This document shows positions 1 to 15,000 of a DNA stretch of 64,000 nucleotides, one piece after another. The translations under genes were made by a program, and so were the position numbers. The notes under the pieces were generated by a model, which worked only from the letters and a program-made list of their open reading frames with translations, did not search any database and was not told where the DNA came from. Position 1 is the stretch's first letter, and each line of letters begins with the position of its first letter. Location of the stretch: the NCBI GenBank assembly GCA_964016885.1, contig OZ024744.1, positions 5,518,001 through 5,582,000 of the forward strand. The letters run 5' to 3'. Source of the stretch: Eledone cirrhosa (lineage: Eukaryota).

Positions 1-3000
1 CAACGGTAGTACCTCACTACATGTGACATATTTAGGTGGCAACTGTGGTATAGAGTTCATCAGGATCAACGGTAGTACCTCACTCTATGTGACATATTTA
101 GGTGGTTACTGTAGTATAGAGTTCATCAGGATCAACGGTAGTACCACACTATATGTGACATATTTAGGTGGTAACTGTGGTATAGACAGTCCATCATGAT
201 CAACGGTAGTACCTCACTATATGTGACATATTTAGGTGGTAACTGTGGTATAGACAGTTCATCAGGATCAACGGTAGTACCTCACTATATGTGACATATT
301 TAGGTGGTAACTGTGGTATAGACAGTTCATCAAGATCAACGGTAGTACCTCACTATATGTGACATATTTAGGTGGCAACTGTGGTATAGAGTTCATCAGG
401 ATCAACGGTAGTACCTCACTACATGTGACATATTTAGGTGGCAACTGTGGTATAGAGTTCATCAGGATCAACGGTAGTACCTCACTCTATGTGACATATT
501 TAGGTGGTTACTGTAGTATAGAGTTCATCAGGATCAACGGTAGTACCTCACTATATGTGACATATTTAGGTGGTAACTGTGATATAGACAGTTCATCAGG
601 ATCAACTGTAATACCTAACTATATGTGACACATTTAGGTGGTAACTGTGGTATAGACAGTTCATCAGGATCAACGGTAGTACCTCACTATATGTGACATA
701 TTTAGGTGGTAACTGTGGTATAGAGTTCATCAGGATCAACGGTAGTACCTCACTATATGTGACATATTTAGGTGGTAACTGTGGTATAGAGTTCATCAGG
801 ATCAACGGTAGTACCTCACTATATGTGACATATTTAGGTGGTAACTGTGGTATAGACTGTTCATCAGGATCAACGGTAGTACCTCACTATATGTGACATA
901 TTTAGGTGGTAACTGTGGTATAGACAGTCCATCATGATCAACGGTAGTACCTCACTATATGTGACATATTTAGGTGGTAACTGTGGTATAGACAGTTCAT
1001 CAGGATCAACGGTAGTACCTCACTATATGTGACATATTTAGGTGGTAACTGTGGTATAGACAGTTCATCAAGATCAACGGTAGTACCTCACTATATGTGA
1101 CATATTTAGGTGGCAACTGTGGTATAGAGTTCATCAGGATCAACGGTAGTACCTCACTACATGTGACATATTTAGGTGGCAACTGTGGTATAGAGTTCAG
1201 CAGGATCAACGGTAGTACCTCACTCTATGTGACATATTTAGGTGGTTACTGTAGTATAGAGTTCATCAGGATCAACGGTAGTACCTCACTATATGTGACA
1301 TATTTAGGTGGTAACTGTGGTATAGACAGTTCATCAGGATCAACGGTAGTACCTCACTATATGTGACATATTTAGGTGGCAACTGAGGTATAGAGTTCAT
1401 CAGGATCAACGGTAGTACCTCACTATATGTGACATATTTAGGTGGTAACTGTGGTATAGAGTTCATCAGGATCAACGGTAGTACCTCACTATATGTGACA
1501 TATTTAGGTGGTAACTGTAGTATAGACAGTTCATCAGGATCAACGGTAGTACCTCACTCTATGTGACATATTTAGGTGGTAACTGTGGTATAGACAGTTC
1601 ATCAGGATCAACTGTAGTACCTCACTATATGTGACATATTTAGGTGGTAACTGTGGTATAGACAGTTAATCAGGATCAAGGGTAGTACCTCACTATATGT
1701 GACATATTTAGGTGGTATCTATGGTATAGACAGTTCATCAGGATCAACGGTAGTACCTCACTATATGTGACATATTTAGGTGGTAACTGTGGTATAGACA
1801 GTTCATCAGGATCAACGGTAGTACCTCACTATATGTGACATATTTAGGTGGTAACTGTGGTATAGAGTTCATCAGCATCAACGTTAGTACCTCACTCTAT
1901 GTGACATATTTAGGTGGTAACTGTGGTATAGACAGTTCATCAGGATCAACGGTAGTACCTCACTATATGTGACATATTTAGGTGGTAACTGTGGTATAGA
2001 CAGTTCATCAAAATCAACGGTAGTACCTCACTATATGTGACATATTTAAGTGGTAACTGTGGTATAGACAGTTCATCAGGATCAACGGTAGTACCTCACT
2101 ATATGTGACATATTTAGGTGGTAACTGTGGTATAGAGTTCATCAGGATCAACGGTAGTACCTCACTATATGTGACATATTTAGGTGGTAACTGTGGTATA
2201 GTGTTCATCATAATCAACGGTAGCACCTCACTATATGTGACATATTTAGGTGGCAACTGTGGTATAGAGTTCATCAGGATCAACGGTAGTACCTCACTAT
2301 ATGTGACATATTTAGGTGGTAACTGTGGTATAGAGTTCATCAAGATCAAGGGTAGTACCTCACTATATGTGACATATTTAGGTGGTAACTGAGGTATAGA
2401 GTTCATCAGGATCAACGGTAGTACCTCACTATATGTGACATATTTAGGTGGTAACTGTGGTATAGACAGTTCATCAGGATCAACGGTAGTACCTCACTAT
2501 ATGTGACATATTTAGGTGGCAACTGAGGTATAGAGTTCATCAGGATCAACGGTAGTACCTCACTATATGTGACATATTTAGGTGGTAACTGTGGTATAGA
2601 GTTCATCAGGATCAACGGTAGTACCTCACTATATGTGACATATTTAGGTGGTAACTGTAGTATAGACAGTTCATCAGGATCAACGGTAGTACCTCACTCT
2701 ATGTGACATATTTAGGTGGTAACTGTGGTATAGACAGTTCATCAGGATCAACTGTAGTATCTCACTATATGTGACATATTTAGGTGGTAACTGTGGTATA
2801 GACAGTTAATCAGGATCAAGGGTAGTACCTCACTATATGTGACATATTTAGGTGGTATCTATGGTATAGACAGTTCATCAGGATCAACGGTAGTACCTCA
2901 CTATATGTGACATATTTAGGTGGTAACTGTGGTATAGACAGTTCATCAGGATCAACGGTAGTACCTCACTATATGTGACATATTTAGGTGGTAACTGTGG

Positions 3001-6000
3001 TATAGAGTTCATCAGCATCAACGTTAGTACCTCACTCTATGTGACATATTTAGGTGGTAACTGTGGTATAGACAGTTCATCAGGATCAACGGTAGTACCT
3101 CACTATATGTGACATATTTAGGTGGTAACTGTGGTATAGACAGTTCATCAAAATCAACGGTAGTACCTCACTATATGTGACATATTTAAGTGGTAACTGT
3201 GGTATAGACAGTTCATCAGGATTAACGGTAGTACCTCACTATATGTGACATATTTAGGTGGTAACTGTGGTATAGAGTTCATCAGGATCAACGGTAGTAC
3301 CTCACTATATGTGACATATTTAGGTGGTAACTGTGGTATAGACTGTTCATCAGGATCAACGGTAGTACCTCACTATATGTGACATATTTAGGTGGTAACT
3401 GTGGTATAGACAGTCCATCATGATCAACGGTAGTACCTCACTATATGTGACATATTTAGGTGGTAACTGTGGTATAGACAGTTCATCAGGATCAACGGTA
3501 GTACCTCACTATATGTGACATATTTAGGTGGTAACTGTGGTATAGACAGTTCATCAAGATCAACGGTAGTACCTCACTATATGTGACATATTTAGGTGGC
3601 AACTGTGGTATAGAGTTCATCAGGATCAACGGTAGTACCTCACTACATGTGACATATTTAGGTGGCAACTGTGGTATAGAGTTCAGCAGGATCAACGGTA
3701 GTACCTCACTCTATGTGACATATTTAGGTGGTTACTGTAGTATAGAGTTCATCAGGATCAACGGTAGTACCTCACTATATGTGACATATTTAGGTGGTAA
3801 CTGTGGTATAGACAGTTCATCAGGATCAACGGTAGTACCTCACTATATGTGACATATTTAGGTGGCAACTGAGGTATAGAGTTCATCAGGATCAACGGTA
3901 GTACCTCACTATATGTGACATATTTAGGTGGTAACTTTGGTATAGAGTTCATCAGGATCAACGGTAGTACCTCACTATATGTGACATATTTAGGTGGTAA
4001 CTGTAGTATAGACAGTTCATCAGGATCAACGGTAGTACCTCACTCTATGTGACATATTTAGGTGGTAACTGTGGTATAGACAGTTCATCAGGATCAACTG
4101 TAGTACCTCACTATATGTGACATATTTAGGTGGTAACTGTGGTATAGACAGTTAATCAGGATCAAGGGTAGTACCTCACTATATGTGACATATTTAGGTG
4201 GTATCTATGGTATAGACAGTTCATCAGGATCAACGGTAGTACCTCACTATATGTGACATATTTAGGTGGTAACTGTGGTATAGACAGTTCATCAGGATCA
4301 ACGGTAGTACCTCACTATATGTGACATATTTAGGTGGTAACTGTGGTATAGAGTTCATCAGCATCAACGTTAGTACCTCACTCTATGTGACATATTTAGG
4401 TGGTAACTGTGGTATAGACAGTTCATCAGGATCAACGGTAGTACCTCACTATATGTGACATATTTAGGTGGTAACTGTGGTATAGACAGTTCATCAAAAT
4501 CAACGGTAGTACCTCACTATATGTGACATATTTAAGTGGTAACTGTGGTATAGACAGTTCATCAGGATCAACGGTAGTACCTCACTATATGTGACATATT
4601 TAGGTGGTAACTGTGGTATAGAGTTCATCAGGATCAACGGTAGTACCTCACTATATGTGACATATTTAGGTGGTAACTGTGGTATAGTGTTCATCATAAT
4701 CAACGGTAGCACCTCACTATATGTGACATATTTAGGTGGCAACTGTGGTATAGAGTTCATCAGGATCAACGGTAGTACCTCACTATATGTGACATATTTA
4801 GGTGGTAACTGTGGTATAGAGTTCATCAAGATCAAGGGTAGTACCTCACTATATGTGACATATTTAGGTGGTAACTGAGGTATAGAGTTCATCAGGATCA
4901 ACGGTAGTACCTCACTATATGTGACATATTTAGGTGGTAACTGTGGTATAGACAGTTCATCAGGATCAACGGTAGTACCTCACTATATGTGACATATTTA
5001 GGTGGCAACTGAGGTATAGAGTTCATCAGGATCAACGGTAGTACCTCACTATATGTGACATATTTAGGTGGTAACTGTGGTATAGAGTTCATCAGGATCA
5101 ACGGTAGTACCTCACTATATGTGACATATTTAGGTGGTAACTGTAGTATAGACAGTTCATCAGGATCAACGGTAGTACCTCACTCTATGTGACATATTTA
5201 GGTGGTAACTGTGGTATAGACAGTTCATCAGGATCAACTGTAGTACCTCACTATATGTGACATATTTAGGTGGTAACTGTGGTATAGACAGTTAATCAGG
5301 ATCAAGGGTAGTACCTCACTATATGTGACATATTTAGGTGGTATCTATGGTATAGACAGTTCATCAGGATCAACGGTAGTACCTCACTATATGTGACATA
5401 TTTAGGTGGTAACTGTGGTATAGACAGTTCATCAGGATCAACGGTAGTACCTCACTATATGTGACATATTTAGGTGCTAACTGTGGTATAGACAGTTCAT
5501 CAAAATCAACGGTAGTACCTCACTATATGTGACATATTTAAGTGGTAACTGTGGTATAGACAGTTCATCAGGATCAACGGTAGTACCTCACTATATGTGA
5601 CATATTTAGGTGGTAACTGTGGTATAGAGTTCATCAGGATCAACGGTAGTACCTCACTATATGTGACATATTTAGGTGGTAACTGTGGTATAGACTGTTC
5701 ATCAGGATCAACGGTAGTACCTCACTATATGTGACATATTTAGGTGGTATCTATGGTATAGACAGTTCATCATGATCAACGGTAGTACCTCACTATATGT
5801 GACATATTTAGGTGGTAACTGTGGTATAGACAGTTCATCAGGATCAACGGTAGTACCTCACTATATGTGACATATTTAGGTGGTAACTGTGGTATAGACA
5901 GTTCATCAAGATCAACGGTAGTACCTCACTATATGTGACATATTTAGGTGGCAACTGTGGTATAGAGTTCATCAGGATCAACGGTAGTACCTCACTACAT

Positions 6001-9000
6001 GTGACATATTTAGGTGGCAACTGTGGTATAGAGTTCAGCAGGATCAACGGTAGTACCTCACTCTATGTGACATATTTAGGTGGTTACTGTAGTATAGAGT
6101 TCATCAGGATCAACGGTAGTACCTCACTATATGTGACATATTTAGGTGGTAACTGTGGTATAGACAGTTCATCAGGATCAACGGTAGTACCTCACTATAT
6201 GTGACATATTTAGGTGGCAACTGAGGTATAGAGTTCATCAGGATCAACGGTAGTACCTCACTATATGTGACATATTTAGGTGGTAACTGTGGTATAGAGT
6301 TCATCAGGATCAACGGTAGTACCTCACTATATGTGACATATTTAGGTGGTAACTGTAGTATAGACAGTTCATCAGGATCAACGGTAGTACCTCACTCTAT
6401 GTGACATATTTAGGTGGTAACTGTGGTATAGACAGTTCATCAGGATCAACTGTAGTACCTCACTATATGTGACATATTTAGGTGGTAACTGTGGTATAGA
6501 CAGTTAATCAGGATCAAGGGTAGTACCTCACTATATGTGACATATTTAGGTGGTATCTATGGTATAGACAGTTCATCAGGATCAACGGTAGTACCTCACT
6601 ATATGTGACATATTTAGGTGGTAACTGTGGTATAGACAGTTCATCAGGATCAACGGTAGTACCTCACTATATGTGACATATTTAGGTGGTAACTGTGGTA
6701 TAGAGTTCATCAACATCAACGTTAGTACCTCACTCTATGTGACATATTTAGGTGGTAACTGTGGTATAGACAGTTCATCAGGATCAACGGTAGTACCTCA
6801 CTATATGTGACATATTTAGGTGGTAACTGTGGTATAGACAGTTCATCAAAATCAACGGTAGTACCTCACTATATGTGACATATTTAAGTGGTAACTGTGG
6901 TATAGACAGTTCATCAGGATCAACGGTAGTACCTCACTATATGTGACATATTTAGGTGGTAACTGTGGTATAGAGTTCATCAGGATCAACGGTAGTACCT
7001 CACTATATGTGACATATTTAGGTGGTAACTGTGGTATAGTGTTCATCATAATCAACGGTAGCACCTCACTATATGTGACATATTTAGGTGGCAACTGTGG
7101 TATAGAGTTCATCAGGATCAACGGTAGTACCTCACTATATGTGACATATTTAGGTGGTAACTGTGGTATAGAGTTCATCAAGATCAAGGGTAGTACCTCA
7201 CTATATGTGACATATTTAGGTGGTAACTGAGGTATAGAGTTCATCAGGATCAACGGTAGTACCTCACTATATGTGACATATTTAGGTGGTAACTGTGGTA
7301 TAGACAGTTCATCAAGATCAACGGTAGTACCTCACTATATGTGACATATTTAGGTGGTAACTGTGGTATAGAGTTCATCAGGATCAACGGTAGTACCTCA
7401 CTATATGTGACATATTTAGGTGGTAACTGTGGTATAGACAGTTCATCAGGTTCAACGGTAGTACCTCACTATATGTGACATATTTAGGTGGTAACTATGG
7501 TATAGACAGTTCATCAAGATCAACGGTAGTACCTCACTATATGTGACATATTTAGGTGGTAACTGTGGTATAGACAGTTCATCAGGATCAACGGTAGTAC
7601 CTCACTATATGTGACATATTTAGGTGGTAACTGTGGTATAGAGTTCATCAAGATCAACGGTAGTACCTCACTATATGTGACATATTTAGGTGGTAACTGT
7701 GGTATAGAGTTCATTAGGATCAACGGTAGTACCTCACTATATGTGACATATTTAGGTGGTAACTGTAGTATAGAGTTCATCAGGATCAACGGTAGTACCT
7801 CACTATATGTGACATATTTAGGTGGTAACTGTGGTATAGACAGTTCATCAGGATCAACGGTAGTACCTCACTATATGTGACATATTTAGGTGGTAATTGT
7901 GGTATAACATTCTTCATGATCAACGGTAGTACCTCACTATATGTGACATATTTAGGTGGTAACTGTGGTATAGACAGTTCATCAGGATCAACTGTAGTAC
8001 CTCACTATATGTGACATATTTAGGTGGTAACTGTGGTATAGAGTTCATCAGGATCAACGGTAGTACCTCACTATATGTGACATATTTAGGTGGTAACTGT
8101 GGTATAGACAGTTCATCAGGATCAACGGTAGTACCTCACTATATGTGACATATTTAGGTGGTAACTGTGGTATAGACATTTCATCAGGATCAACGGTAGT
8201 ACCTCACTATATGTGACATATTTAGGTGGCAACTGTGGTATAGACAGTTCATCAGGATCAACGGTAGTACCTCACTATATGTGACATATTTAGGTGGTAA
8301 CTGTGGTATAGACAGTTCATCAGGATCAACGGTAGTACCTCACTATATGTGACATATTTAGGTGGTAACTGTGGTATAGACAGTTCATCAGGATCAACGG
8401 TAGTACCTCACTATATGTGACATATTTAGGTGGTAACTGTAGTATAGACAGTTCATCAGGATCAACGGTAGTACCTCACTATATGTGACATATTTAGGTG
8501 GTAACTGTGGTATAGACAGTTCATCAGGATCAACGGTAGTACCTCACTATATGTGACATATTTAGGTGGTAACTGTGGTATAGAGTTCATCAGGATCAAC
8601 GGTAGTACCTCACTATATGTGACATATTTAGGTGGTAACTGTGGTATAGACAGTTCATCAGGATCAACGGTAGTACCTCACTATATGTGACATATTTAGG
8701 TGGTAACTGTGGTATAGAGTTCATCAGGATCAACGGTAGTACCTCACTATATGTGACATATTTAGGTGGTAACTGTGGTATAGACAGTTCATCAAGATCA
8801 ACGGTAGTACCTCACTCTATGTGACATATTTAGGTGGTAACTGTGGTATAGAGTTCATCAGGATCAACGGTAGTACCTCACTATATGTGACATATTTAGG
8901 TGGTAACTGTGGTATAGACAGTTCATCAAGATCAACGGTAGTACCTCACTCTATGTGACATATTTAGGTGGTAACTGTGGTATAGAGTTCATCAGGATCA

Positions 9001-12000
9001 ACGGTAGTACCTCACTCTATGTGACATATTTAGGTGGTTACTGTAGTATAGAGTTCATCAGGATCAACGGTAGTACCTCACTATATGTGACATATTTAGG
9101 TGGTAACTGTGATATAGACAGTTCATCAGGATCAACTGTAATACCTAACTATATGTGACACATTTAGGTGGTAACTGTGGTATAGACAGTTCATCAGGAT
9201 CAACGGTAGTACCTCACTATATGTGACATATTTAGGTGGTAACTGTGGTATAGAGTTCATCAGGATCAACGGTAGTACCTCACTATATGTGACATATTTA
9301 GGTGGTAACTGTGGTATAGAGTTCATCAGGATCAACGGTAGTACCTCACTATATGTGACATATTTAGGTGGTAACTGTGGTATAGACTGTTCATCAGGAT
9401 CAACGGTAGTACCTCACTATATGTGACATATTTAGGTGGTAACTGTGGTATAGACAGTCCATCATGATCAACGGTAGTACCTCACTATATGTGACATATT
9501 TAGGTGGTAACTGTGGTATAGACAGTTCATCAGGATCAACGGTAGTACCTCACTATATGTGACATATTTAGGTGGTAACTGTGGTATAGACAGTTCATCA
9601 AGATCAACGGTAGTACCTCACTATATGTGACATATTTAGGTGGTAACTGTGGTATAGACAGTTCATCAGGATCAACGGTAGTACCTCACTATATGTGACA
9701 TATTTAGGTGGCAACTGAGGTATAGAGTTCATCAGGATCAACGGTAGTACCTCACTATATGTGACATATTTAGGTGGTAACTGTGGTATAGAGTTCATCA
9801 GGATCAACGGTAGTACCTCACTATATGTGACATATTTAGGTGGTAACTGTGGTATAGAGTTCATCAGGATCAACGGTAGTACCTCACTATATGTGACATA
9901 TTTAGGTGGTAACTGTGGTATAGACAGTTCATCAGGATCAACGGTAGTACCTCACTATATGTGACATATTTAGGTGGTAACTGTGGTATAGACAGTCCAT
10001 CATGATCAACGGCAGTACCTCACTATATGTGACATATTTAGGTGGTAACTGTGGTATAGACAGTTCATCAAGATCAACGGTAGTACCTCACTATATGTGA
10101 CATATTTAGGTGGCAACTGTGGTATAGTTTTCATCAGTATCAACGGTAGTACCTCACTACATGTGACATATTTAGGTGGCAACTGTGGTATAGAGTTCAT
10201 CAGGATCAACGGTAGTACCTCACTCTATGTGACATATTTAGGTGGTTACTGTAGTATAGAGTTCATCAGGATCAACGGTAGTACCACACTATATGTGACA
10301 TATTTAGGTGGTAACTGTGGTATAGACAGTCCATCATGATCAACGGTAGTACCTCACTATATGTGACATATTTAGGTGGTAACTGTGGTATAGACAGTTC
10401 ATCAGGATCAACGGTAGTACCTCACTATATGTGACATATTTAGGTGGTAACTGTGGTATAGACAGTTCATCAAGATCAACGGTAGTACCTCACTATATGT
10501 GACATATTTAGGTGGCAACTGTGGTATAGAGTTCATCAGGATCAACGGTAGTACCTCACTACATGTGACATATTTAGGTGGCAACTGTGGTATAGAGTTC
10601 AGCAGGATCAACGGTAGTACCTCACTCTATGTGACATATTTAGGTGGTTACTGTAGTATAGAGTTCATCAGGATCAACGGTAGTACCTCACTATATGTGA
10701 CATATTTAGGTGGTAACTGTGGTATAGACAGTTCATCAGGATCAACGGTAGTACCTCACTATATGTGACATATTTAGGTGGCAACTGAGGTATAGAGTTC
10801 ATCAGGATCAACGGTAGTACCTCACTATATGTGACATATTTAGGTGGTAACTGTGGTATAGAGTTCATCAGGATCAACGGTAGTACCTCACTATATGTGA
10901 CATATTTAGGTGGTAACTGTAGTATAGACAGTTCATCAGGATCAACGGTAGTACCTCACTCTATGTGACATATTTAGGTGGTAACTGTGGTATAGACAGT
11001 TCATCAGGATCAACTGTAGTACCTCACTATATGTGACATATTTAGGTGGTAACTGTGGTATAGACAGTTAATCAGGATCAAGGGTAGTACCTCACTATAT
11101 GTGACATATTTAGGTGGTATCTATGGTATAGACAGTTCATCAGGATCAACGGTAGTACCTCACTATATGTGACATATTTAGGTGGTAACTGTGGTATAGA
11201 CAGTTCATCAGGATCAACGGTAGTACCTCACTATATGTGACATATTTAGGTGGTAACTGTGGTATAGAGTTCATCAGCATCAACGTTAGTACCTCACTCT
11301 ATGTGACATATTTAGGTGGTAACTGTGGTATAGACAGTTCATCAGGATCAACGGTAGTACCTCACTATATGTGACATATTTAGGTGGTAACTGTGGTATA
11401 GTCAGTTCATCAAAATCAACGGTAGTACCTCACTATATGTGACATATTTAAGTGGTAACTGTGGTATAGACAGTTCATCAGGATCAACGGTAGTACCTCA
11501 CTATATGTGACATATTTAGGTGGTAACTGTGGTATAGAGTTCATCAGGATCAACGGTAGTACCTCACTATATGTGACATATTTAGGTGGTAACTGTGGTA
11601 TAGTGTTCATCATAATCAACGGTAGCACCTCACTATATGTGACATTTTTAGGTGGCAACTGTGGTATAGAGTTCATCAGGATCAACGGTAGTACCTCACT
11701 ATATGTGACATATTTAGGTGGTAACTGTGGTATAGAGTTCATCAAGATCAAGGGTAGTACCTCAATATATGTGACATATTTAGGTGGTAACTGAGGTATA
11801 GAGTTCATCAGGATCAACGGTAGTACCTCACTATATGTGACATATTTAGGTGGTAACTGTGGTATAGACAGTTCATCAAGATCAACGGTAGTACCTCACT
11901 ATATGTGACATATTTAGGTGGTAACTGTGGTATAGAGTTCATCAGGTTCAACGGTAGTACCTCACTATATGTGACATATTTAGGTGGTAACTATGGTATA

Positions 12001-15000
12001 GACAGTTCATCAAGATCAACGGTAGTACCTCACTATATGTGACATATTTAGGTGGTAACTGTGGTATAGACAGTTCATCAGGATCAACGGTAGTACCTCA
12101 CTATATGTGACATATTTAGGTGGTAACTGTGGTATAGAGTTCATCAAGATCAACGGTAGTACCTCACTCTATGTGACATATTTAGGTGGTAACTGTGGTA
12201 TAGAGTTCATTAGGATCAACGGTAGTACCTCACTATATGTGACATATTTAGGTGGTAACTGTAGTATAGAGTTCATCAGGATCAACGGTAGTACCTCACT
12301 ATATGTGACATATTTAGGTGGTAACTGTGGTATAGACAGTTCATCAGGATCAACGGTAGTACCTCACTATATGTGACATATTTAGGTGGTAATTGTGGTA
12401 TAACATTCTTCATGATCAACGGTAGTACCTCACTATATGTGACATATTTAGGTGGTAACTGTGGTATAGACAGTTCATCAGGATCAACTGTAGTACCTCA
12501 CTATATGTGACATATTTAGGTGGTAACTGTGGTATAGAGTTCATCAGGATCAACGGTAGTACCTCACTATATGTGACATATTTAGGTGGTAACTGTGGTA
12601 TAGACAGTTCATCAGGATCAACGGTAGTACCTCACTATATGTGACATATTTAGGTGGTAACTGTGGTATAGACAGTTCATCAGGATCAACGGTAGTACCT
12701 CACTATATGTGACATATTTAGGTGGCAACTGTGGTATAGACAGTTCATCAGGATCAACGGTAGTACCTCACTATATGTGACATATTTAGGTGGTAACTGT
12801 GGTATAGACAGTTCATCAGGATCAACGGTAGTACCTCACTATATGTGACATATTTAGGTGGTAACTGTGGTATAGACAGTTCATCAGGATCAACGGTAGT
12901 ACCTCACTATATGTGACATATTTAGGTGGTAACTGTAGTATAGACAGTTCATCAGGATCAACGGTAGTACCTCACTATATGTGACATATTTAGGTGGTAA
13001 CTGTGGTATAGACAGTTCATCAGGATCAACGGTAGTACCTCACTATATGTGACATATTTAGGTGGTAACTGTGGTATAGAGTTCATCAGGATCAACGGTA
13101 GTACCTCACTATATGTGACATATTTAGGTGGTAACTGTGGTATAGACAGTTCATCAGGATCAACGGTAGTACCTCACTATATGTGACATATTTAGGTGGT
13201 AACTGTGGTATAGAGTTCATCAGGATCAACGGTAGTACCTCACTATATGTGACATATTTAGGTGGTAACTGTGGTATAGACAGTTCATCAAGATCAACGG
13301 TAGTACCTCACTCTATGTGACATATTTAGGTGGTAACTGTGGTATAGAGTTCATCAGGATCAACGGTAGTACCTCACTATATGTGACATATTTAGGTGGT
13401 AACTGTGGTATAGACAGTTCATCAAGATCAACGGTAGTACCTCACTCTATGTGACATATTTAGGTGGTAACTGTGGTATAGAGTTCATCAGGATCAACGG
13501 TAGTACCTCACTCTATGTGACATATTTAGGTGGTTACTGTAGTATAGAGTTCATCAGGATCAACGGTAGTACCTCACTATATGTGACATATTTAGGTGGT
13601 AACTGTGATATAGACAGTTCATCAGGATCAACTGTAATACCTAACTATATGTGACACATTTAGGTGGTAACTGTGGTATAGACAGTTCATCAGGATCAAC
13701 GGTAGTACCTCACTATATGTGACATATTTAGGTGGTAACTGTGGTATAGAGTTCATCAGGATCAACGGTAGTACCTCACTATATGTGACATATTTAGGTG
13801 GTAACTGTGGTATAGAGTTCATCAGGATCAACGGTAGTACCTCACTATATGTGACATATTTAGGTGGTAACTGTGGTATAGACTGTTCATCAGGATCAAC
13901 GGTAGTACCTCACTATATGTGACATATTTAGGTGGTAACTGTGGTATAGACAGTCCATCATGATCAACGGTAGTACCTCACTATATGTGACATATTTAGG
14001 TGGTAACTGTGGTATAGACAGTTCATCAGGATCAACGGTAGTACCTCACTATATGTGACATATTTAGGTGGTAACTGTGGTATAGACAGTTCATCAAGAT
14101 CAACGGTAGTACCTCACTATATGTGACATATTTAGGTGGCAACTGTGGTATAGAGTTCATCAGGATCAACGGTAGTACCTCACTACATGTGACATATTTA
14201 GGTGGCAACTGTGGTATAGAGTTCAGCAGGATCAACGGTAGTACCTCACTCTATGTGACATATTTAGGTGGTTACTGTAGTATAGAGTTCATCAGGATCA
14301 ACGGTAGTACCTCACTATATGTGACATATTTAGGTGGTAACTGTGGTATAGACAGTTCATCAGGATCAAAGGTAGTACCTCACTATATGTGACATATTTA
14401 GGTGGCAACTGAGGTATAGAGTTCATCAGGATCAACGGTAGTACCTCACTATATGTGACATATTTAGGTGGTAACTGTGGTATAGAGTTCATCAGGATCA
14501 ACGGTAGTACCTCACTATATGTGACATATTTAGGTGGTAACTGTAGTATAGACAGTTCATCAGGATCAACGGTAGTACCTCACTCTATGTGACATATTTA
14601 GGTGGTAACTGTGGTATAGACAGTTCATCAGGATCAACTGTAGTACCTCACTATATGTGACATATTTAGGTGGTAACTGTGGTATAGACAGTTAATCAGG
14701 ATCAAGGGTAGTACCTCACTATATGTGACATATTTAGGTGGTATCTATGGTATAGACAGTTCATCAGGATCAACGGTAGTACCTCACTATATGTGACATA
14801 TTTAGGTGGTAACTGTGGTATAGACAGTTCATCAGGATCAACGGTAGTACCTCACTATATGTGACATATTTAGGTGGTAACTGTGGTATAGACAGTTCAT
14901 CAGGATCAACGGTAGTACCTCACTATATGTGACATATTTAGGTGGTAACTGTGGTATAGACAGTTCATCAGGATCAACGGTACTACCTCACTATATGTGA